Shown: positions 24,673 to 39,399, counted from the first letter of the whole stretch. The stretch is DNA of 63,339 bases, filler included, from Polymyxa betae A26-41 (GCA_003693705.1; 5 parts of 5 records of this genome joined end to end with filler, not necessarily neighbours in it), one strand, 5' to 3'. Numbers and translations: made by a program. The notes: a model not told the origin generated them from the sequence alone.

Positions 24673-24772
24673 NNNNNNNNNNNNNNNNNNNNNNNNNNNN
24701 NNNNNNNNNNNNNNNNTTAATTAATTAANNNNNNNNNNNNNNNNNNNNNNNNNNNNNNNNNNNNNNNNNNNN
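24673..24772. other. Artificial contig linker
   Basis: N-TTAATTAATTAA-N, 100 bp. Confidence 0.95.
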
Positions 24773-25858
24773 TACCAAGAATGGAGCGGCACCCCCCGCG
24801 CTCCAAATGGGGATGGATTTTGTATGACGCACTCCGTGAAATATATGCGACGGCCCTAATGTTCCGTCACATGGAGCACTGGAGCAGGGGGTCCTATGAA
24901 TAGGCAATGAACAATACAAATTACCGAGAGAAGCAGCGCCGGAATCGAAGCAACTAATGGCCAGATATGGCTGTGGAAAATCGCGAAATTTTTCTCTTTG
25001 GACGACCCATGAAGGTTGACAACTTTTATCGAAACGCGGCAGATGATTGTCATCAATACTGTTAATACTTCATTGTGAAGGATCTCCTCGCGTGTCGGAC
25101 GGTCTAGTGGTTGCTCTGGCAATGATAGCTCGATAAACTTAGAATATTGTGGAAGAAGCATCAGCTCTTTTTCAAGCGAGCAGATACCATTCGGGAATCC
25201 AATAGTAATGGGTTTTAGAGGAGCTGGGGTGGTGAGCTCAGTCGTCTTATTAACTAACCTATGACAGTCACTTCAGGTAAGCATACAAGCAATACATCTT
25301 CAGTGCTGATTTCGGCACAGGAGCCGAAATCGACAATCAAAACATGTTCGTCTCTATCATATAAACTAAACAGTTAGCGTTAGGCCGGTTAACTATTGTA
25401 AGTTGCTTTCTAATCGCATAACATATTGGTTATATGAAGCTGAGTGATTACTGAGCCTCTTAATGGATATTTATAATGGTCAATGACCAATAGCAGCATT
25501 AGGGGACTGGTCTTCCTCATTCACTTCAGTGTAAATCACGAACAATCCAACAGCCTTCAATTTTCACATTGTTTAGGGGATGTCGAGATTGTTTCTACAT
25601 CCGATTAGCAGAACCGATGAGATCATTTCTTGTTTTCAGATGGTTACCATCATAACCACCACAGTTTCTATTAATAGATATAGGGCTGCTCTCCCGGAAA
25701 TCGTGATTCATCGGATGATTTTGAAGATAAATTGAGGAACGCAAGGATGGGAGGCTGCGCCACGCTCATTGCGATTTCCTCTCTCAAATCCCTCCCACTC
25801 TCTCTTGCCATTTGGCAAATCTGACATCTAGAATCATTTCCTGTAAGCTCCGCTGCCC

Positions 25859-28800
25859 ATGTCTGTTCGTCTTGGTTCTATCTATGTAAGCCAGCTTTTT
25901 TACATCACTTTACTTTATGTGAGGCAGCTTCACTTGCTTACATTTATTTCAGACGAAGCTGTCATAATTTTGCAACGAATTTATCTGTCATTCAACATTT
26001 GCCGATATGATTTTAGGATGCTTTAGACAACGGCGACTACAAGAATACTTTGCGGCTCATCAGGAATGCTGAAGCTCGCCACGGGCCGGATGCAATTCTA
26101 TTCGTTTTGAAAGCTCTGGCTCTAACTCGATCGGACCGCATCGATGAAGCTCACGAAGCCTGTAGAAAGTTTATCGACTGTCAGTCGGTGGAGCCAGCGA
26201 TTTTAGAAACGGCTCTTGTCGTCTTCAAAGAGCTTGGGCGATACGATTGGAATTGCGAGGCTTATGAGAATGCCGTCGAGCGGTGCCCTAACGATGAAGC
26301 GCTGTTAACAGGCCTATATTTCGCCTGTCTTCGCGAATGGTCGTTTCTTAGGCAGCAGCAGACTGCCATGCGACTATTCAAGCTTTTCGGCACTGAGAAA
26401 TATCTACGTTGGGCTTCCGTCTGTATCGAGCTCCAGAATGGCGCTTTAGAGACGTCCGCGTTGATGGCCCAAGGCGACGATATCCCACCGGTCGAAGCTG
26501 GGTTCTGCCGCTTGCTTCAATTGGCTTCCATGGTCTTGGAAAAAGATTCGGAGCCGGAAGTGATGAATCAAAAATGCCTGTTTCAGTATCTGCGAGTGCT
26601 TCGTCGGCTTGGACGTCATAAAACTATCATCAAAGTTCTTCAAGCTCGTCGCGATTCTGATCCAGAATTGCAATTTATACTTGCAAAATCTCTGCACACA
26701 CTGGAGATGTACAATCATGCCTCCACCATTCTCAAGAATCTCATGGAAACTCGCAACGCTGACGATTGGCGTTACTTGAAAATCTTCGTGGAAGCTCAGA
26801 TGGCATTCAACTCGCAATTTGAAGGGGACAGCGCTACCGCCGTTTTACGTGCTTTAAGGCATTTAGGGAAACGTGGCCCATGGCTTGGCGAGTTATACGC
26901 TACGTCTTTGATGAGGCTCGAACCAGACAGCCATGTGATGGAGTACTTCAAGAATTTTGGCCACAAGCGGTCGTTCTTTGCTGATGTTGAAGCTTCACTC
27001 TTTCGAGTTGGGAACCCTGAAAACCTTCTTCGCGTCATGGAGGTACCGGTCGATGACTTCTCTGAAGATATCATCCGCCGTCGAATATCTTTCGAAATGT
27101 GCTGGCGAGCTCTACGACGTCATGAGCGATGCTCCGATGCCGATCTAAAGGCTAAAGCGCAGAGTCTCTACGATGTTTACATCGCATCTGTTAATCCGAA
27201 CAAGGAGAAGACAGAATTCGGGGTTGGTGATGAGCTGTGCACGCTCTGTGCTTATACCTTTATCGATCTGTATGATCGCGATGGCAAACGATCACATCTT
27301 CAACAAGCTGTTGCGGTTTTAACGGTTGGGTTGCGTTCATCGCCTCATAACTTCCAGTTCTTGCTTTTGCTGATACGGCTTTATGCTCAACTTGGGGCTT
27401 TTCTTGGAGCGTTTGAACACTATGCTGCTCTCGATACGAAATCAATTCAGCTGGAGACTCTAACTCATCTAGTCCAGGTCATGATTTTGAATTGATTCTT
27501 TCGTTACGAAGCTGCATTGTTTCAGTTTTGGAAATGTTGTCCTTTCGTTACGAAGCTGCATTGTTTCAGTTTTAAAATGCTGTCCCTTTTGCTCTTGGGG
27601 CTGTATTGCTTTACTTAAAAACTTCGTTGCAAATTCAAACTAACTTTTATTTTGGTTTCGCTGTTTCGTTTTACGTTTTGAAATCGTGTATAATCTTTTC
27701 AGCTCACGTTTTATTGCGTCTTTCTTTCACTTCCCCAAACTTGTTTTTTTTTTTACCAAAATGCTTGTAATTCATTACTGACTGTTTCTGCTAGAATGAT
27801 GCGCTTCGGTATGGCCTGATCTCTCATGCGGTCGCGTTGGCATCGGCTGTAGTATCTCATTACGAACAGTATGAGCGAGATGCTCCTGATCTCGTTGCTC
27901 TTTGCCATGTGAAAGATAACCTGGACCAAGTTGTTGAATTCACCCAGTTCCGCGAACGCTTACGTCGCTCCTTTCGGCTAGCCGAATCTCGAAGAATTCT
28001 CGAGTTCTTCGCCAACTATCTCAACAAGGACGTTTCATGTACTGCAATGCGAATGGAGCTTCCAGCCGATGTTGACCCGCTGCAATTAATCATCAACGAC
28101 GATTACTTGTTATTGCTGCATCCCGAGAAGGAGCGTGGTCCTGTCTTATCCCAATCGTCTTCGTTTTTATTCGAGACATCATGGCACCAAGAATCAAAAG
28201 ATGCTCGGCCCGCCACACTGTCATTTCTTCGAACCGCTCTCTGCCTAACTAATGCTATGGCCAGTGGGGATGCTTCGGCGATTCATCCACATCTTGCTGC
28301 TCTTGGTCAACAACTCTCTCAGATTGGTTTCTTCTCTCTAGATGAGCCTGTAACGCCGAATGACAACTTCTCTCAGCATCATTGGCGATGCTGCTTTATG
28401 ATATTCAGTTCTGCTGCTAGCTTATCCTCATGCTGGGATAAAACAGCTTCCATAATCCAGGTATTCGTTTTTCGTAAATTCATTTAGATTTTCTAATCAA
28501 ATAACCTTCCATTGACAGAGTAATGTTCCCGAAAATTGCAATCTTCATGATATCTGGGCCGAAATTCATCGCCAATTAAAGCTGCTGGAGATGGTTTCGC
28601 AGCAAGTGTCACAAAGCCTATTGGAGTTGATTGACAATGCACCTGATCATGGAGCAGCTTCGGTCGCAACATTTCTATATTTCGCAGCTCGCTGGGGTGT
28701 CTTACTTATCGATCTCTGCGCTTCAAAAATACCTGTTAAGCGTTCACTGTTCGACAAGTTCTGTAAAAGGTCTCACAATCGCAACACCGAGCGCGAGGAA

Positions 28801-29091
28801 GAGATTTGGCTGTTACTAAGCGAATCGCTCAATGCTCTTTCGTCTCTTAAAATCAGTTTGCAGACTCATCTGGAGACGCTTCGCGACAGACTGACAGCGT
28901 TACGAGAGGCTCCAAGCACCATGAATGGCTTCGGCGAATTCGTCGTCCATCAACTACAAAAGGAAGATGCGGTGACAAACTCGGTCTTGCAGCTTCTTAG
29001 CAAGAGTCGGTCCGCCATTTGCGATCATGCGCTTGACAGCCTGCAGCTGTGTTTGAAATCTCTTGCCGCAATTAAAGTTTACAAAGTGTAA
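25859..29091 (+). CDS. NAA25: NatB auxiliary subunit NAA25/MDM20 (exons ~25859-25885, 26017-27477, 27795-28460, 28520-29091)
   Basis: Spliced N-terminus IYDALDNGDYKNTL; QQQTAMRLFK; GLRSSPHNFQFLLLLIRLYAQLG...LDTKSIQLETL. Confidence 0.9.
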
Positions 29092-29599
29092 TACTAAGAA
29101 TTTTACATTGTACTAAACTAATTTGCTTCATCTACGCGAAATTTTCAATCGTCCACCAAAGCCTACAAAAATACATTATTACCACTTATAGGTACTCGGG
29201 CTGGTTGTAACTTCGATTTATAATGGTGATGGTCATCTTGACTGTGCTGTTTTGGAATATTGGCGCTAGAGCATTCGATTTTGGTGAAGCTGCAAAGATT
29301 CTGGGAACTTCTCTTATTGCAGAGTGACTAAATCCGGATGAAAGAGAATTCGTCTCTCGAGATGGGCGATATGGATCCTTTGTCGTCTTTAAATCAATGA
29401 TCGGATTCCTTCAAAAATAATCAAGCAAGGTTTAGCGTATACAATTTGAAAGCAGATTTCACTAATCCCGACAAAAGCGAGAATCAGGCTTGAAAATTTC
29501 GAGAGAACTTTTCGGTTGGCGCGCAAGTGCGAGGCGGAGGGGGCCCATGGGGCGACCCCAAGGCCCAAGGCTCAAACCTCTGCCTTCTCACATTGCAGA

Positions 29600-31104
29600 A
29601 TGTTGCCTGATTCAGAAGGTTTGCTGAACAGGCTTCAAAGAGAGGCACTACAGGCCCTCTCTCCGGATTCTTGGTCGCCATCGCCGTTAACGCCTTCATG
29701 GCCGATGACATCTTGGGCTGAATGCGGCGCCTGCCTTGCCGTCTACTTCACTATGGTCCCAGCCCTTTGCTTTGTCGTCAAGGCCCGTGGCGGGCGTGGA
29801 TTTGGACATAAAGGTGTTGTCGTGGTCCATAATCTGGCCATGACTTTGTTGTCGGCCTATATGTGTATAGAATCAGTTCGTCAGGCGATTCTGGCTAACT
29901 TTTCCCTCTTCGGTACCATTGGCGTTTAAGATTAAAAATTTTTAGATTTAAAGAAGAATATTTCTTTCAAACGCTTTGGTTTGCTCACTTTCTTTAGCAA
30001 TTCCAAAATTTTCTGAGAAATTTTTCTTCAGAAATTTTTTGCATCAAAGTAGTCTTTATATTTAGTTCTTAATTCAGGAACAATTACTGAATTATGGTTT
30101 GTAGGCAATGCAATAGATCCGACTGCTTCGGGATTAGCAATGGCTCGAATCATTCATATCTTCTACGTCTCGAAGGGCTTCGAGTTTCTCGACACCTTTA
30201 TCATGGCCATGCGCGGGCGAAGGCGCCAAATTACTTTCCTTCATGTTTATCACCATTCATCGATCTTCTTCATCTGGTAGCGGCCTTGTATACCGATTTG
30301 GGTTTCCAGTTTTCAGGATCCATTTACTTCTTTTGAAGTTAAGTTCTCGTTAATGCTAGCATTATCGACTGTATTTTTCTTGTGATGCTCTGCTTACACA
30401 ATTTTTTCTTACATTTTTCCATAATCATTATTGGAACGAATCTCCCCGTTGATCGGGTTATAGAATTGATAGAGTATTCCTAAATTTACTTGCTTTTCAT
30501 AGGTTCGTAATCGCTCGGTATTATCCAGGTGGAGAAGCCTATTTCACCTGTGCCCTGAACTCCTTTGTGCATGTGTTTATGTATGGATACTATCTCTGGT
30601 CAGCTCTTGCCTCAAGTACAAAGACGGATTTGAAACCTACCTGGACTCAGCCTGTATGTTATTATTCCTTTAACATGTTCTCTTCTTAATCATCAAGCTT
30701 ATTCACAATGACATTTCAGTGATTTGGCACTTAAAGTTTAGTTTTCCTATTATCAAATTGCATCTGCTTTCATTATCTCAATATCATGCTTTGATATTCG
30801 AAATTTTGCCTTGTAGGGATATTACCGTCGTTATATCACCAGATTGCAACTCACCCAGTTCGTGATCATGCTGGTTCAGGCCACATACGATCTTGTAGTT
30901 CCATCCGGATACCCTGCTCGTATGGCTCTCATCCTCTTCATTTGTAAGTTCTCGTGACTAGCGGTTTTACCATAAGATTGAAGTCTTTGCATAGACATGC
31001 TCACCATGCTAACTCTTTTCTCCAACTTCTACTTGAAATCGTATAATGCTCAGGCTCCCGCCAATGCCTACAAGGTCATCAGAGAGGTCAACAAAGCTGC
31101 CTAA
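29600..31104 (+). CDS. ELO: ELO/GNS1/SUR4 fatty-acid elongase (5 exons)
   Basis: FYVSKGFEFLDT, His box QITFLHVYHH, NSFVHVFMYGYY, ITRLQLTQF, LFSNFY. Confidence 0.92.
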
Positions 31105-31355
31105 GCGCCTATTCGCTTCCTGAGTTGCTGATGGCCAAGAGAATCATCAATCGAGAAAAATACCCAAACAAAAGTCAAAGGAACGCATGAATAATGTCAC
31201 TTTTTTTATGATTTAAGAAAACAGGTTTAATTCAAAAAAAAAACAACGAAAAGCTAAAAAAATCAGAAAAGTTACGCAACTTTTTGAAAATCGAATTCCG
31301 GAACTCCGTACCGCATCATGGGTCGCTGAAATTGTCGTCGTCGTTCTTCACGGTG

Positions 31356-34300
31356 ATGGAGGTAGACGGGTGGAAAGTGGCCCAGATCCGGGTCCATCAT
31401 CGGCTTTCCCGGGGCCGGCGCCTATTGCGGACCGTCGAGGAGCGTTATCTCCGTCTGGATGTGCCCTGCCCATCAGCCGCATGCTCGGCCTGCCGGGAGT
31501 ATCGCGGCCCGCAGGACGCCTGCCTGCCTTCAGACACCCAGCAATGTTTCATTCCAAGTACAGAAACGCTGTTGCATCAGCTGGACCTAATGTCGTCTCC
31601 GCTCATGACACAGGTACGCCCGATTCACTATTTAGTACGATTCTATTCTTCGACGTCGAATTGAGAAAGCTTTCTGTGTGATTTTATGCTGTTGTTCGCT
31701 TTCTGTATGATTTTGTGCTTGATGTCGCTTCTTTGTGATGATTATGTGTACTGACATTTGTTTAGCCGATCGTTTTGCTGCAATCGACGCTGGAGAATTT
31801 GAGCCAGATTGCCCGACCTCATTTCTACCAGGTCATGCGTCTGTTGAAGACTACGCCCATCTTTCGGGATTGTTTCCATAAGCACACACACGAAGGTCCA
31901 ATCCTCCTTTCCTCTTAAATCTTTCCAAATTTCTCTTTTCTCTCTAATCTTTATTTGTCCTTTCAGTTTTTGCAAATTTATCCATCTATTTAAATATGTT
32001 TTGCGAAAGTTTTTCCTGTTCGGATTGCACTGTTGAAAGTTTTTACGTTGACTTTTGTAATCAGGCACGAACGCAGCCATGCTTTGGCTCAGCACTCATC
32101 TGCCATCGATCAATTTCAGTTTCGTTCGAGACGGTGACGGTGATGTCTCGTTACAATCCGGTCTGAACGCCGTTACCGTTACCGACTGGGTCGAATCCAT
32201 GGGCAACGTCCAGCTCTCCGACCTGCTTGCTCGACGCAGCACTCTGAAACGCGGCGTGACCGGCGTCACTCTCAATTCGAATTCCATCTATGAAACACAT
32301 TGGGCAGGTACGTCTAGCTCTCGACACCTTCCTTTTATCAAGTTCTTCATTTAAATTCTCTTTCCACTTTCTTTTTGCTATAAACTATGCGAGCTTCTGC
32401 TATTCCATTTTTCACGTTTTTCTTCCTCAAATTAGTATTTTTTTCTTTTTCGTTATTTCCAAGGAAAATGGGCTCAATTTCGTCCAGGCGAAAAGCTGGA
32501 CAAGGCCCTGCGTGACGGGACCGTCCTTCGTTCGACGATTCGCGTCTGGGCTTCAGGACGCTTCGGCTCTTGCCTGATCCGCGACGGCGTCGAATGCCGT
32601 CTCGACGGAATGGAGGCGATCAATCGCGCTCTTGACGGCGATGAAGTGGCCGTCTACGCTGTCGACAACGAACCCGCTCGGTTCGTCGTCGTTGTGCCGT
32701 ACCCGCCCTTTTCTGTTTTCTGATTCATCTTCGTATCAGGATCGTTGCCGTGCTGAAGAGGTCGTGGCGGCCCATGGCCGGCAGTCTGATGGAGTCCGAC
32801 GAGGAGTTGGATTTGAAACGTACGGCGGTCTGGTTCGTGCCGCTGTCCGCAGCGATGCCGCGCGTCAAGGTGCATACGCGCAACATCGAGCGACTGGTCG
32901 GGCAACGTTTCGTGGTCCGCATCGACGACTGGCCCGAAACGCAACGTTTCCCGAGCGGACACGTCATTCAAGTCCTCGGTAACGTTGTTTTTTTTCTCGA
33001 TTCTGTTTCGGCTGATTCGGTGCAGGATCAATCGGGGAACAGGCCGTGGAAAGCGCGGCCCTGCTGGTCGAGTACGGCATCCGTGACGAACCGTTCGCCG
33101 ACGAAGTCATGCTGCGATGTCCGCCGACCGACTGGGAAGTCACCGATGCTGACTGTACGAGAGGGTGATGGGGCCAATCTGGGGTGTCACTGACGGTTGC
33201 CCATAGGCGTGGGCCGGCTCGACCTGCGATCCACCCGCGTGTTCAGTATCGATCCGCCTGGATGTACGGATATTGATGACGCCCTGCATGTCACCCGGCT
33301 ACCTGGCGGCCTATTCCAAGTCGGAGTCCATATCGCCGACGTCTCGCATTTTGTCAAAGAGGACGATCCCATTGATCGCGAAGCTCTTGTAATGCTTCAT
33401 TTTTTTCTTAATTTTTGTAACTGCTCATTTTTTTCTCATTTTTTGCTTGTAACTGCTCATTTTTTTCTCAATTTTTGCTTGTATCTGCTCATTTTTTTTC
33501 TCAATTTCTGCTTGTAACTTCCCATCTGTTTCTTAGTTTTTGCTTGTAACTACTCATTTTTTTCTTGCTCTCAATTTGTCGACTGTCTGATGTCATCTCA
33601 TGTTACATGTTTACGTTTCTTCTGTATGTTACATGTTACATCAATGTTGATTGGATGCCGTTGTCCAGGCGCGCGGTACGTCCGTATATCTGGTCGATCG
33701 GCGTATCGACATGATCCCGCCGCGTCTATCGACGCGGATCTGCTCGCTGCGCGACAACGTCGATCGGCTGGCGTTCAGCTGCATCTGGGTCATGGACGCC
33801 GACGCCAACATCATTGAGACCAAGTTCACCAAGTCTGTTATCCGATCTGTCGCCGCCTTAGCTTACGCCGACGCCCAGAAGCATCTCGATGTAAGTCGTA
33901 CTGGCTCTTTTCTTCTTTCTCCTTTTTCTTTCCTTTAACGATTCGCGCATATTCTGTGAGACATTTTTCCTTTTGTGAGGGTCGTTATTGAAATGTTTTG
34001 TTACAGGATCGTGCTGCTGTGGCCATGGACAATAAGTCGGATAATGCTGGGTCGGTCGGGCGTGATTGTCGCGATCTGAATCGGCTGGCTCGGAAGCTGC
34101 GCGAGCGTCGTTTGGAGGCCGGTGCGCTGACGTTGGCCTCGCCCGAAGTCAAGTTCAAACTGGATCGGGGCGCGGCCCCCACCAATGCGGAAGGCGATCT
34201 GGAGCGTATTCAGGAAGCCCGCCCTCTCGATATCGAACTCTATGAGCTTAAACAGGCTAATCAGCTGGTCGAAGAATTCATGTTACTTGCCAACATATCA

Positions 34301-36037
34301 GGTAACGCTATATTGAATATTTTGCAGTTTTTGGTGTGATGAGAGTTTTTTACCCCCTGTTTCAAGGCCTGCTTAACTAAAGCTCTATTTTACTTTTCCC
34401 ACATATCGTCGATTGTTGCATGTTTTTGCTAATTATGGTATGAGAACTCATGTTACCTGCCAATTCATGACTTTTTGTTGCTAACGTTACAATCTTTTCT
34501 GATACTTTTGTTTTGCGTCTTAATTCTGATACTTTTGTTTTGCGTCTTAACTCGATCTAAAGTTGCTTTTTTTTACTTTATTTTCTGATATATTCTGTTT
34601 TGCGTCTTTATCTAAAGTTGCTTTTTTAATAAGTTTAATGAGAATGGTTTCTTGCTGGGATGATCATTAACATGATGGTTTTCAGTGGCTCAGCAGATCG
34701 TGACATGTTACCCTGGGCGTGCCCTATTACGGCGCCACCCGGCGCCGTCTCCCGACAATCTGAATCGTTTGGTGGACGCCGCCCGCTCCGCCGGGCACGA
34801 TCTCGAAGTCGGATCGTCACGGGCTCTCGCCGACTCGTTGGATCGCGTCGCCGATTCCAAGCACGATCCCGCCTTCGATAACGCGCTACGTATCTTCGCC
34901 ACACGTTGCATGAATCAGGTACCGTAAACATTGGTCTTTACAATTTCACTTTTTGTTAAGCTTTTGTGCTTTTTCTGATCGACTCGTGCTGTAATGTACC
35001 GCTGACTGTTTTGCAGGCCGTGTATTTCTGCAGTGGGTCAGTACCACCGGGCAACTACCTGCACTATGGTCTGGCTGCTTCGCTTTATACTCACTTCACG
35101 TCTCCTATCCGAAGGTCTCGCCTGTGATTTTTCCTTTTGCTTTTCTCAAAACCTTAAATATCTAATGATTTTTTTTGAGGGGTTTCTTTGTTTAATCAAG
35201 TGTTCAAGTCTCTTATTTGATTAACTTTCTGCTTTTTGTTTAATTCCTACATCCAGATATGCAGATCTGGTCGTACATCGACTCTTGTCGGCCTCTCTTC
35301 AGCTCGATCAAATCCCTGCCATGTGTCAACATAAATCTGCCCTTAACAACATCACGAATTCGCTGAACCGACTCAACCGTGCTGCTCAAGGTCGTCTTTC
35401 TGAAATTGCCGCTGTTGAAATCGTTGATATGTGGGTGCAGGTGTTGGTCGTGCTAGCGTCGATCTATTCACTCTGTGCTACTTCGATAATCGCGTCGTTG
35501 AAGCCGACGGTGTCGTCATGGACGTTAGAGTGGACGGCCTTTCCGTCTTTGTAAAGGAATACGGTATCGAGGTAATGTATCTCGGGCTGCACGTTTAATC
35601 GAATCGTCTCTGAGTGGTTAATCAGGCCAAGATCGATCTGGTACGGGAGTTGCGCCTGGCTCACAGATCGGTAGAATACGATGAAGAGCAGCAACCCATT
35701 ACCGACCTCGATCTGAGTCGTGAGGCCGGATTCGTCTTCGACGAATCGCTCAAAACTCTGACGACTCCAAATCTCGGCTCGTTTTCCATGTTCGTTCCTA
35801 TCCGGGTCAAAATTCAGGTCAGAATTTGTTTGATGCTCTTTGCGGTTCTTCGAACTATCTGGAATCGGTTTCATAACTCAAGAGCCATTCTCTTTCGACA
35901 GGCGTATTCGTTTTACTAATCCTGTCTAGGTCGATCATCGCAAACATGGCCGCAGGAATCTGGTCCTGGAAATTGTCGGACAAGAAGCCAAACCGAGCGA
36001 CAGCCGCCCCACGAAACGATCGCGTAAAGCCAAATAA
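31356..36037 (+). CDS. DIS3: DIS3/RRP44-family exosome ribonuclease (multi-exon; PIN, CSD, RNB, S1)
   Basis: [67 protein letters not shown]. Confidence 0.9.
33389..33566 (+). repeat. Intronic minisatellite (~30-33 bp unit)
   Basis: About 5-6 imperfect copies of GCTTGTAACTGCTCATTTTTTTCTCAATTTTT. Confidence 0.8.
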
Positions 36038-36261
36038 ACTACATTGTCTTAATGAGAAAGTCGACCTTGAAATTATTCTACGATAGACTTGGCTTCTTAT
36101 GCATGCATGCTGAATACGCGCTTTTGATGGTAGGTAGTTTCCGATTACAAATTCATCGTTTTTTCCGATTTGAGATTTGCCATGATGCTGAACTTTGACT
36201 TTTGTTGCTATGATTTTGATCCATAATTCAGGCGGTCGCGCTTAAAAGAATTTCTTCAATT

Positions 36262-38951
36262 TTATCGCACTTCGAAGTATTTATTGGTAGTCGGATCGAA
36301 ATATAAATTCAGAATGGGATCGAACATGAGCCCGGGTTTCGATATAGTATCGCTGGCCTTGTCCGCCTCAAATGCATCTTTAAAGCTGCTTGTGCTGGTA
36401 GTGGAACAACGGCTGCTGCAATCGCCTCCATTACGGGGGCGCGAAAACGGGCGCGATTTCACAACACGAACTGGGCGCAGCTGCTCCCTGATCTCGTCCA
36501 GCTTGGTTTTCTCAAGAGATGATCGATTGGACACAATCTTTAAGTCATCCATCGACGATCGATTCGACATCAGTGGCGGCTTTGCAAAACGAAGAGCATC
36601 TCGAACGAAATCAACTTCCTCAGCGTCAGAATGCCAATCTGCAAGCTTGTCTTCGTCGGACGTGATAAAGTCACCCATCAGCACGACATCGTGGTCGTCA
36701 TCGCTCTTTGGGAGGACAATCAGTGGCTCAGGATCGTTTTCAACAGGCTTTGGTTTTTTTTCTTCGGACGAACTCTGAGAAGGCAGATTGAAGGATCTCT
36801 CAGAGATGGATGTTGGAACATTGAACGTCTCGAGCTCCGTCACTGATGGAATGCGGATGATGTCGGCGGTTTCCTTCGAGGCCGGTTTCTCAGAAATGGA
36901 AGGCGATTTCTCTGAAAGGATTGGCGATAGCGATCTTGGTGAAAACGGGATGTTTTCGTAAGAGCGTTTCTCTTTCAGGACAGGCGATTTCATGCGAATC
37001 GGGGAAAGCAATTTTCGAGACGGTTTCGGCGGATTCTCCTTTGTGGCAATATCCAGGTCATCTCTAGCTGTAGTCGTGCCTTGACGCAGCGCTAGCGGGG
37101 TCTTATGGACATTTGGGGAGATCGTTAGCCGACGTCGTGTAATTGGCTTCCGAGGAGTTTTCTGTCCAGAGACGCGCGCTTCCGGAAACTCGTTCGAGTT
37201 CCGAATTCGGGTTCGTTTGATGATGCTTTTCAGCTTGGGACTTTGGCGCGCCTTGCCAGGAACTTCGGCCTGTTGCATCATAGAAAAATTCAGAATCTGT
37301 GTAAGGTGTTCGACCCCAAGAGAGAAGTCAAGTGTGCGCGGAATCGGCGCGAAATAAGAATACATGTTCTCTGGTAGGACCTCCATAATGCTGGCTTCGA
37401 GATCGCTAGGAGGGCAGCGCAGAGTGAAAATTTTCCTGCAATAGCAAAAGCATAAGCAAGACGCTCCAAGAAGTCAAAACCAATCTCACAAAGGCAGAAA
37501 CAAGATCTCACAAAAAATGATCTAAAGATATCGAACTTCAAGCACAGTAGCGAAAATTTAAAATTTAGTTTGTGAGCGGCAATGTCGAATCAAAATGTCA
37601 GAAACTTAACAAAAGGAAGAATGCTGAAGACGGACTAGCATAAAGGGAGTAGAAAACAGTACCTGATGGAGCAATTCGGGCGAAACACGATCCCTTCTAA
37701 GCTGCGATATTCTTGCTGGAAACACGACGATACGATATCCGCTAAATCAATACATAAATTGATCCATCGCCCACGAGATATCATCGATTCTGGAATTGGT
37801 AGCCGGGCCTAACAGCACATCCATTAGCGAACGAATAATAATAGAAATATCGCTGGCCAGAATGAACATCAGATGATTCAAAGGGAAATGTTTCAGTTTT
37901 CGTAAAAAATACTTCAAAAAAAGTCTCTGGTTGAAAATGATGTTAGCTTAAACTACGAAATCCAAATTGTTAAATTTTTAATCTTCGAAACGAAAGAAAG
38001 CAGAAATAAAACTAGAACAGGAGAGCATCATAGCTAATGCCTCGAATATTGGTAAATGAAGAATGGAATAAAAGAAAAAGGTAAATAAAGATCCAACGAA
38101 ACAAGGACATCTTACCTGGGACGGATTAACGGAAGGTACGTTGGTGGAAGTAGAGAAGAGCAACCTACGACGGGTTTCGGTGGAATCCATGATTGATAAT
38201 TCGAATGAGCATAGAATGGGTGACACCGGGAGCTGGATTTGGATAACAAAGAACGGTTGCTCCAGCGATACTGAAGACAATGTGAGACAATAATAAAGAT
38301 GATATGATATCGCACCATGAGAAAAGAGTCCCTCAAAAACCGAAGTTAAACTTCGAAGCTTCAGAAATCACAGAAAATGAGAAACGATAAGCTCAAAGCA
38401 AATAAGAGCTTCAATGCAACTAAATCAGCATCATCAAAAACCATTTCTAAACTTCAATGAACATAATGAAGGAATAGCATGCTAGTAGCAAAGAGAAACT
38501 CAAAAAAGCCTCCGGGAGGTGATTATTCCCACAAGAAGAGAAACAGGAGGAGCTTCGATCGTTAAAGGAAAGGAACAATTAACAAGCTAATAGCAACTAA
38601 GAACTTCAAGAAGCTTTCCGAATAGTGATTCTCTGGTCGGAATGAAATTCCATCAGTTAAAGAGCGAAATCGAAGCAAATAAGCATCGGATCAAAAGCCG
38701 AAGCTATAAACCTATCTAATAGGGCTGGAAATGAATGAATGAAGGCAATTACGTTTTTGATGTGACTTTTTCGGAAGCTGAATGGACGTATGTGGGCCGG
38801 CATCTAGGACATGGACGTAACCCTTGACGGCGCGATCGTAGACCCGCCGGGCGGAGCCGGGATGCGAAACGGTCCAGGCAGCGAGTGGCTGGGACCCGGC
38901 AACATCGGCGACCTCGACCGCCGCACCGCCCTGATACCGGCTCGCGAACAT
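36262..38951 (-). CDS. CFAP20DC: CFAP20-domain-containing protein (C3orf67-like, DUF667), 4 exons
   Basis: MFASRYQGGAAVE, RRRLLFST, WINLCIDL, CSIRKIFTL and the C-terminal motif LMFDPILNLYFDPTTNKYFE. Confidence 0.88.
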
Positions 38952-39399
38952 CGCGAATGAAGACCGACATAAGGGCGACGATTTGGCGCTGTGTGGAACC
39001 GGGAGGCTGCCCGGGTGAGGGTTCCGCCGCCTGATAGTCTGATTACAGAGGCCAGGCCGCGCCCACTGTCAGCGCAGGCTGCGCCCACTGCAAACAGGCC
39101 GCGTCCACTGGCCATTGAAGTGCACACTGAGTCGGATGGAATGATGTTGTGGGGGCCCAGCTGCAAGTCAAGTTTCGGGTCGTGACGCGGCCTCTGCAGT
39201 GCGATCTGAGACACGCAGAACACCCATGGACGTGTAGGGTTCTGACTGGGGAAACCTACCACGTTTAGCGCCACCTTAGTCGATGGCAGCATGCTTTGTA
39301 TACACTACTTGCTTGCAGTGATGCAGAGTACCTTTATCAGTTGTTTCTCTCCATAGTAATCATAACCCTTGCTCTTGCGCTATATCAAACTGTTAAATC

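Noticed and set aside
22100-25300. Several short ORFs and a possible gypsy RNase H trace near 24800
   Set aside because: Too degenerate to assign, and the region spans a linker.
33389-33566. CRISPR-like array
   Set aside because: No unique spacers, T-rich intronic minisatellite, eukaryotic context, no cas genes.
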